Below are positions 57,734-64,000 of a stretch of DNA of 64,000 nt, piece after piece. The notes beneath the pieces are model-generated. The model did not search any database and was not told the DNA's origin. It saw only the letters and a list, made by a program, of their open reading frames with translations. The first letter of the stretch is position 1; each line of letters opens with the position of its first letter. A program made the position numbers and the translations under genes. Source of the stretch: Thermodesulfovibrionia bacterium. GTDB lineage: Bacteria; Nitrospirota; Thermodesulfovibrionia; UBA6902; BMS3Bbin08. The stretch lies in contig JAUXYI010000063.1 in assembly GCA_030694425.1 (NCBI GenBank), positions 57,150 through 121,149 on the forward strand. Direction: 5' to 3'.

Positions 57734-58556
57734 AGGTCTTGGCGCCCTGATTCCTGAGAAAGAAAAAACATCAGGAATCCTTGAGCTTGACATAAACACA
57801 ATTGTCCCCAATGAAAACCAGCCAAGAAGGGTCTTCAATGATAACTCTTTAAATGAGCTTGCCTTATCAATCAAAGAAAAAGGCGTTATTCAGCCCGTTA
57901 TTGTAAGAAAAGGCTCTGACAATACTTACAGATTAATCGCAGGCGAAAGAAGATGGAGGGCTGCCAAAATAGCAGGCCTTACAAAACTTCCTGCCATTGT
58001 AAAAGATGCAACGCCGGCAGAGTCTCTTGAACTTGCGCTTATTGAAAATATTCAGAGAGAAGACCTGAATCCCATTGAAACAGCAGAGGCATTCAATAAG
58101 TTAATAACTGAATTTAACCTCACACACGATGAATTATCAAGAAAAGTAGGGAAAGACAGGGCAACCGTAACTAATTATCTTAGGCTGCTAAAACTTCATC
58201 CAGAAGTTAAGGCATGGCTTGCAGCAGGGTCTTTGAGCATAGGACATGCAAAAGCGCTTTTGCAGATAGAGAATACAAATATGCAGCTTGATGCTGCAAG
58301 AAGAATAATTCAGAAGAAATTAAGCGTACGCGAAGCAGAGGCTCTAAGCAAAAAATTGTCTTTGCCTCCTGCAACTTCAGGTAAGCTCCATACATGGAAA
58401 GACCCGCAGATAAGGTCGCTTGAGGAAAATCTCAAGCAAAGCCTTGGTACAAAAGTCTCTTTAATTCACAGGGGTAAAAAAGGCGGAAAGATAATAATAG
58501 AGTATTATTCACTTGATGAATTAGACAGACTTTTAGAAATCTTGACCCCTTCATAA
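57714..58556 (+). CDS. parB: chromosome partitioning protein ParB/Spo0J
   Basis: ParB box GERRWRA and HTH. Confidence 0.9.
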   Translation: MKMALGKGLGALIPEKEKTSGILELDINTIVPNENQPRRVFNDNSLNELALSIKEKGVIQPVIVRKGSDNTYRLIAGERRWRAAKIAGLTKLPAIVKDATPAESLELALIENIQREDLNPIETAEAFNKLITEFNLTHDELSRKVGKDRATVTNYLRLLKLHPEVKAWLAAGSLSIGHAKALLQIENTNMQLDAARRIIQKKLSVREAEALSKKLSLPPATSGKLHTWKDPQIRSLEENLKQSLGTKVSLIHRGKKGGKIIIEYYSLDELDRLLEILTPS

Positions 58557-58626
58557 CTTCTCTACGAGTCGTAGACAAGTATCCTTCTCTCTGCGATTTT
58601 TTTGAAAATATCCATAGGTTAAACTT

Positions 58627-58851
58627 TTATAGTTTTATATTCTTGTCAATCATTAGTTGGAAAGGTTTAGCAGCATGATTAATAAATTCATTAAACTGAG
58701 TTACGAATTCAATATAGGCATCCACATCAACCCTGCCATCTTTTAAAAACGGATTATGCCTGTTTGAAGCTATCTCTCTCATATCTCTCCTCAAAGAAGA
58801 GGATTGAGAAACCTCAAGGAGTTCTTTCTTCGCCTTTTTAGAGATTTTCAT
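58627..58851 (-). CDS. small hypothetical protein downstream of the nucleotidyltransferase (possible toxin-antitoxin partner)
   Basis: 4-nt overlap with the upstream gene. Confidence 0.3.
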   Translation of the reverse strand: MKISKKAKKELLEVSQSSSLRRDMREIASNRHNPFLKDGRVDVDAYIEFVTQFNEFINHAAKPFQLMIDKNIKL

Positions 58852-59390
58852 TTCATCTTTCCTTTAATTTTTTTATACTCTTTCTCCATATCAAAAAGTT
58901 TAAAATATATCTCTATCAATGACCAGTCAAAATTTTTCCCATGTAGTGATATAAGAGACTCTATATCCATCATATCAGTCTGTTTCCTTGAGGGGTCATT
59001 TTTTATAGCCTGAACTTTCAATCCAATCAAGTCTTCTGGTTTTACTATTTTAATCTTTAAAGAGCCGCCAAGAATATTCTTTTCTTCTGCCCTGTTAATC
59101 ATCTCAAGGCTTGCCTCTCTAAAGGCGTGCAAAAAATCAACCTCACCAAGAATATTTAAAGATGAAATATACTGGGATACATTTTCACTTCTATGTTTAC
59201 ATTCATAACTAAGTCCACGCATTATGTTGTCTACCTTATCCAAGTCATCACGATGAACTAAAAAGTCAATATCCACGGTAGCCCTTCCAACACCCCATAA
59301 TCCTAATGCATACCCACCCATAAGGGCATAACGAATATTTGCTTTTTTAAAGGCCGTTAAAAGCTTTTCTGTAACAACCTTGAAGTCCAT
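58848..59390 (-). CDS. nucleotidyltransferase-fold protein
   Basis: YALMGGYALGLWGVGRATVDIDFLV (GG...D.D-like). Confidence 0.45.
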   Translation of the reverse strand: MDFKVVTEKLLTAFKKANIRYALMGGYALGLWGVGRATVDIDFLVHRDDLDKVDNIMRGLSYECKHRSENVSQYISSLNILGEVDFLHAFREASLEMINRAEEKNILGGSLKIKIVKPEDLIGLKVQAIKNDPSRKQTDMMDIESLISLHGKNFDWSLIEIYFKLFDMEKEYKKIKGKMK

Positions 59391-59459
59391 ATCAATGATA
59401 TTCTACCCAATCCATATTTTTATTATCTACTTTGCCTATTTCACAGCCGCAACCATGAT

Positions 59460-59762
59460 TCACATCTTTCTGCCTTCAGTCCGTTTTATTATCTTTAGCG
59501 CCTCGTCAACTTTTTTCAATTCAATTTTTAATGCATTTCTTTCCTTTATCTGTTTTATAAGGTTTTCTGGTTTATTTTTCCCAAGATATTTTTGCATTAT
59601 TCTTTTGCCTGCTCGGTATTGCAAATAATGATATTTTTTACCGGCTATCTCTCTTTCTTTAACATTGCCTTTCGGAAGATTTGCCAGTTTCTTTTCTATT
59701 TTTTTCTTAATATCAAGATAATATTCTTTACTCTCCGATAAAATACCCTGTAAGACTTTCAT
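59460..59762 (-). CDS. hypothetical protein
   Basis: ORF only. Confidence 0.3.
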   Translation of the reverse strand: MKVLQGILSESKEYYLDIKKKIEKKLANLPKGNVKEREIAGKKYHYLQYRAGKRIMQKYLGKNKPENLIKQIKERNALKIELKKVDEALKIIKRTEGRKM

Positions 59763-59968
59763 GTTAATGACTCCTTTACACTACATTATACCTGAAATTA
59801 GAAAATGTAGTGTAAAATGTTAACGATGGGCTTTTTGTTTGGTTTAGAATGAGGTTTTGTCAAAGATAAAGAAACGACCCTCTATTTTCTCTTATATTTA
59901 ACGGATTCCTTGTTCAAATAAGAAAATAATTTTTTGAAAATTTCCATTTATTAACCTTTTATATATAT

Positions 59969-60463
59969 CTATTTCCTTTCAATCTTCCTTGCCTTTTTTA
60001 GCACTTCCTCTGCCATTTTTTTCTTATATGCCCTGAGGGTTTTTGTAAGCCCCGGATTTTTTGCCCTTAAAATCTGGGCTGCGAGTATGGCTGCATTTTT
60101 AGCGCCTGCTTTGCCGATTGCCATTGTGGCTACAGGGATGCCGGGCGGCATCTGGACTGTTGAAAACAGGGCATCAACGCCTTTAAGCGGAGAGGAATCA
60201 ATAGGCACTCCTATTACAGGCAGGATTGTATGCGCAGCTATTACGCCTGCAAGATGTGCAGCGCTGCCAGCGCCTGCAATTATTACCCCAATCCCTTTTT
60301 TTTCAGCTTCTGCTGTAAGCTTTACCGTCCTTTTCGGACTTCTGTGTGCAGAGGCAATGGTAATGTCATAAGGGATTTTAAATTCCTTTAAAACCTTTTC
60401 TGCCTCCTCCATTATCGGAAGGTCAGAATCACTGCCCATCACTATTAAAACTTTTGGTTTCAT
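59969..60463 (-). CDS. purE: N5-carboxyaminoimidazole ribonucleotide mutase
   Basis: VIMGSDSD...AGAGSAAHL pattern. Confidence 0.9.
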   Translation of the reverse strand: MKPKVLIVMGSDSDLPIMEEAEKVLKEFKIPYDITIASAHRSPKRTVKLTAEAEKKGIGVIIAGAGSAAHLAGVIAAHTILPVIGVPIDSSPLKGVDALFSTVQMPPGIPVATMAIGKAGAKNAAILAAQILRAKNPGLTKTLRAYKKKMAEEVLKKARKIERK

Positions 60464-60569
60464 ATATCACCTCTTGAAAATTAAAAATCAAATATCAAAA
60501 ATCAAAATTAAGGACAGAATAATATTTAAAAATTCTTATAAAAAATACCTTAATTTTACATTTTACACT

Positions 60570-61853
60570 TTAAATTTTAATTTTTCTTCTTATCGCTTTA
60601 TCACCAATATCTTTCCTGTAATGCATTCCATCAAAATGAATCTTTTTTATTGCTTGGTAGGCATTTTCTTTAGCGCTTCTTATGTCTTTGCCCAGGGCGG
60701 TTACTCCCAAAACCCTTCCGCCGGATGTAACAAACCCTTTATCATCCACGCTTGTTCCAGCGTGAAAGACCATTAAATCATCTCTGTTTTTTAATGAGTC
60801 AAGCCCTTTGATTACTTTGCCTTTTTCATAAGAGCCTGGATATCCTTTTGATGTAAGAACTACGCAAACAGATGCATCATTTTTCCACGAGAGTTTTATA
60901 TCTTTGAGTTTGCCTTCTGACGCTGCCTTTAATGCATCAAACAGGTCGCTATCAAGCCTCATCAGGACAGGCTGTGCCTCAGGGTCGCCGAACCTACAAT
61001 TAAATTCAAGCACATATGGCTTTCCATCACAAATCATAAGTCCCGCATAAATAATGCCTCTATAATTTATTCTCTCTTTTGCCAAACCTTTTATAACAGG
61101 TTTTATAATGTTCTTCATAATGTCGGCTTCAAGACTTTCTGTTATTATTGGGGCAGGGCTGTAGGCGCCCATCCCGCCTGTATTTGGTCCTTTATCATTG
61201 TCAAAAACCGTCTTATGGTCCTGAGATGTAGCAAGGGGAATAAATGTTTTCCCGTCTGTTAAAACCATAAAAGATGCCTCTTCTCCTTTTAAGCATTGCT
61301 CTACTATGACTTTATCACCGGCAGAACCAAATGCCCTTTCTTTTATTATTAATTTCAGGGCGTCTATTGACTCCTCAACACTTACTGCTACAAAAACCCC
61401 CTTGCCTGCTGCAAGCCCATCAGCTTTTATAACAATAGGTGCGCCTTTAAGCTGTATATATTCTTTTGCGTGTAAGTAAGATGTAAATGTTTTATATTCA
61501 GCAGTCGGGATTCCATATTTAAGCATGAATTCTTTTGCAAAGACTTTGCTGCCTTCAAGCTGCGCCCCTAATTTATCAGGACCAAAAATCCTGCGGTCTT
61601 CTTTTACAAATGCATCAACGATGCCTGCTGTGAGCGGGGCCTCGGGCCCAACAATTGTAAGGTCAATCCCTTCATATTTTGCAAAATTTACTAATGCGCC
61701 TATATCATCTGTTTTTATGTCAAGGCATTCCGCAATCTCAGAAATACCTGCATTTCCGGGGGTGCAGAAGATTTTATCTACTCTCTGGCTCTGACTTAAT
61801 TTCCATACAAGGGCGTGCTCCCTGCCCCCGCTGCCGATTACTAAGACCTTCAC
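60570..61853 (-). CDS. purD: phosphoribosylamine--glycine ligase
   Basis: Full-length ATP-grasp PurD. Confidence 0.9.
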   Translation of the reverse strand: MKVLVIGSGGREHALVWKLSQSQRVDKIFCTPGNAGISEIAECLDIKTDDIGALVNFAKYEGIDLTIVGPEAPLTAGIVDAFVKEDRRIFGPDKLGAQLEGSKVFAKEFMLKYGIPTAEYKTFTSYLHAKEYIQLKGAPIVIKADGLAAGKGVFVAVSVEESIDALKLIIKERAFGSAGDKVIVEQCLKGEEASFMVLTDGKTFIPLATSQDHKTVFDNDKGPNTGGMGAYSPAPIITESLEADIMKNIIKPVIKGLAKERINYRGIIYAGLMICDGKPYVLEFNCRFGDPEAQPVLMRLDSDLFDALKAASEGKLKDIKLSWKNDASVCVVLTSKGYPGSYEKGKVIKGLDSLKNRDDLMVFHAGTSVDDKGFVTSGGRVLGVTALGKDIRSAKENAYQAIKKIHFDGMHYRKDIGDKAIRRKIKI

Positions 61854-61907
61854 TTGTTACATCTCCTATTTTTAGCTTAGTTAGTAAGCTGGATTCGAGT
61901 ACTCGAG

Positions 61908-62005
61908 TATAATGTAAAAATCAAAATGCAAAATGCAAAATTAAGGAATTTTATTTTTAATCCCGAATAGTCGGGATGATTTTTGAGTTTTAATTTTTAA
62001 TTTTC
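61908..62005. repeat. AT-rich intergenic repeat, second copy
   Basis: Matches 56862-56965, including the ATCCCGAATAGTCGGGATGAT minihairpin. Confidence 0.45.
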
Positions 62006-62038
62006 CCACCTGAATCCTTGTCCACTTAACCCTTATTC

Positions 62039-63589
62039 TTAATGTTTAAAATGCCTCATCCCTGTAAATAGCATTGCCATATTGTATTCATCTGCAGCAG
62101 CTATGACATCGTTATCTTTGAGTGAGCCGCCGGGCTGGATTACTGCTGTTACACCAACTTTCGCAATAAAATCTATTCCATCCCTGTGAGGGAAAAAGGC
62201 ATCTGAAGCAACGACTGATTTTTCCAGCGGCTTGATTGCCTTCATCGCGCCTACTTTTGCTGCATCAACCCTGCTTGTCTGCCCAACGCCAATGCCGAGC
62301 GCCTGGTCTTTTGAGGTATAGATAATAGCATTTGACTTCACATGTTTGCAGACCTTCCACGCAAACTCAAGGGCAGTGAGCTCATCGTCTGTTGGTTTCC
62401 TTTTTGTAACTACTTTTAGAGATTCGAAATCATCTATCATCCCAGTATCTTTGTCCTGGACCAAAACGCCGCCTTGAATCTTTCTGATGTCAAAACTCAC
62501 AGCGTTTTTGGATAAATTTACTTCCAGCAGCCTTATATTAGGTTTTCGGCTTAAAATCTTCAATGCATCGGGTTCAAATCCAGGCGCAATAACCACCTCA
62601 ACAAAAAGTGTCATTATTTCATTTGCAGTAAGGACATCAACATCCCTGTTTAAGGCGATTACTCCCCCGAAGGCAGACACGGGGTCGGTCTCAAAAGATT
62701 TCTTATAAGCGGCGTTAATTGTTTCAGCTATTGCAACACCGCATGGATTATTATGCTTGACAATAACTGCTGCTGGTTCTTTAAATTCCTTTACAAGATC
62801 CAGCGCTGCGCCTGAATCAAGATAGTTATTAAAGGACATTTCTTTTCCCTGTAAGATTTTTGCATCAACAAGGGAAAAACCCCTGTAAAGAGGTTCTCTG
62901 TATAAAGCTGCTTTCTGGTGTGGATTTTCACCATACCTTAAATTACTCACCTTTAAGAAACTCAGGTTCAGATATTTAGGGAATTCCTCTGCAAGCCTTC
63001 CATGTCTTGCAAGATAATTGGCAATAAGCGTGTCATATCTGGCAGTATGGGCAAATACTTTTTGCGCAAGATAAAATTTCGTATCATAGCTGGCCTCGCC
63101 ATTAAGTGTTTTGAGTTCGTCAAGGACTTTTGAATAATCATCAGGGTCCACTATTACAACCATATCTTTAAAATTCTTTGATGCAGCCCTTAACATTGTA
63201 GGACCGCCTATATCAATATTTTCAATAGCCTCGTCAAAAGTAACATCAGGTTTTGATACAGTTGCCTCAAATGGATAAAGATTAACCACAACCATGTCTA
63301 TGGAATCTATCTGATTAACTTTCACCTCATCCCTATCTTGCGGGTCATCCCTTCTCCAGAGTATGCCGCCGTGAATCTTCGGGTGAAGAGTCTTGACCCT
63401 GCCTCCCAGAAGTTCTGGAAACTTTGTATATTCTGACACATCTTTTATCTTTAGCTTTGCTGCCCTTAATGTTTTTGCTGTTCCGCCGGTGGAGATTATC
63501 TCTATGCCGAGTTTGCTAATCTCCTGCGCGAACTCCTCGATACCCCTCTTATCTGAAACGCTTATAATTGCCCTTTTAACCTTTGCCAT
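62039..63589 (-). CDS. purH: bifunctional AICAR transformylase / IMP cyclohydrolase
   Basis: Full-length PurH. Confidence 0.9.
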   Translation of the reverse strand: MAKVKRAIISVSDKRGIEEFAQEISKLGIEIISTGGTAKTLRAAKLKIKDVSEYTKFPELLGGRVKTLHPKIHGGILWRRDDPQDRDEVKVNQIDSIDMVVVNLYPFEATVSKPDVTFDEAIENIDIGGPTMLRAASKNFKDMVVIVDPDDYSKVLDELKTLNGEASYDTKFYLAQKVFAHTARYDTLIANYLARHGRLAEEFPKYLNLSFLKVSNLRYGENPHQKAALYREPLYRGFSLVDAKILQGKEMSFNNYLDSGAALDLVKEFKEPAAVIVKHNNPCGVAIAETINAAYKKSFETDPVSAFGGVIALNRDVDVLTANEIMTLFVEVVIAPGFEPDALKILSRKPNIRLLEVNLSKNAVSFDIRKIQGGVLVQDKDTGMIDDFESLKVVTKRKPTDDELTALEFAWKVCKHVKSNAIIYTSKDQALGIGVGQTSRVDAAKVGAMKAIKPLEKSVVASDAFFPHRDGIDFIAKVGVTAVIQPGGSLKDNDVIAAADEYNMAMLFTGMRHFKH

Positions 63590-63647
63590 CTTTCCTCCTT
63601 TTTATTTATCTCATATTAATAATAATTTATTGAAAAACTCCTTTGAT

Positions 63648-63737
63648 GTCATTGCGAGGAGCGATTTAAGCGACGAAGCAATCTCTAATTCATCGAGTTA
63701 TATGAAAGCAAGATTGCTTCGCTTTGCTCGCAATGAC
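63648..63737. repeat. GTCATTGCGAGGAGCG...CTCGCAATGAC palindromic element
   Basis: Near-perfect 90-bp palindrome between purH and radC. Confidence 0.55.
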
Positions 63738-63756
63738 TTCTTAACGGCTGACAAAT

Positions 63757-64000
63757 TTAAGCTTTTAAATAACCGCTTTCTATAAGGCTTAAATATCTGC
63801 CGTCCCCGATAATTATATGGTCTAACACATTAATACCGATGATTTTACCTGTTTCTATAAGTCTCTTTGTTATATCAATGTCATCCTTGCTCGGACTTGG
63901 ATCGCCGCTTGGGTGATTGTGAACAAACAACACAGATGCAGCAGCCTCCTTTATTGCGTATCTAAACACCTCCCGCGGATGAACAAGAGAAGATGTAAGC
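63757..64000 (-). CDS. radC: RadC/JAB-domain protein (UPF0758), partial; N-terminus beyond window end
   Basis: [21 protein letters not shown] is a JAMM motif. Confidence 0.75.
   Translation of the reverse strand, partial: LTSSLVHPREVFRYAIKEAAASVLFVHNHPSGDPSPSKDDIDITKRLIETGKIIGINVLDHIIIGDGRYLSLIESGYLKA

Overview
This 64 kb window is a roughly 40% GC bacterial chromosomal segment. Gene content suggests an anaerobe; the lineage cannot be assigned from sequence alone. From start to end it contains:
- a partial multiheme cytochrome c on the minus strand
- an FmdE / ModE-like / MoeA-like molybdenum-tungsten cofactor cluster
- gpmI, a LOG-family protein and an MFS transporter
- a roughly 22 kb cobalamin supercluster: a B12 riboswitch, a deleted btuF-btuD remnant, cobU, cobT, cobS, cobC, cobQ, cbiB, cobD, cbiA, a cbiX-cbiC fusion, a second B12 riboswitch, an outer-membrane protein, cbiMNQO, a CobF-like methylase, cbiET, cbiL, cbiF and a cbiG-cbiH fusion
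- a small peptide gene next to a radical SAM/SPASM enzyme, followed by a third B12 riboswitch with no downstream gene
- a toxin-antitoxin cassette island (doc/phd, DUF5615/DUF433, PIN/Phd, RelE, UPF0175/DUF3368) whose modules are separated by a conserved 130-280 bp repeat
- a defence island: a small HNH nuclease, a standalone DGQHR (ParB-fold) protein, and a C-protein / beta-class methyltransferase / DpnII-family restriction enzyme system
- a second toxin-antitoxin cluster with a 35 bp boundary repeat
- a Cys-type formate dehydrogenase alpha subunit with two electron-transfer subunits, an M48 protease, PBP1A, a sensor kinase, an MtrA-like protein, parAB, purE/purD/purH and a partial radC

The most unusual signal is a set of short repeat families inserted in frame at dozens of sites in the cobalamin, cbiMNQO, formate dehydrogenase and moeA-like genes. 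They include heptamer tandem arrays ((CAGAACA)n, (GTAACGA)n paired with (TCGTCAC)n, (GTTCACT)n), C-rich/G-rich double hairpins and TCCCGA...TCGGGA minihairpins. Housekeeping genes in the same window (gpmI, PBP1A, purEDH, parAB) carry none. One of these heptamer-array elements carries a four-helix-bundle 'IVS protein' gene as cargo, and a heptamer tract splits cobS by a frameshift. No tRNA, rRNA or CRISPR array was recognised.
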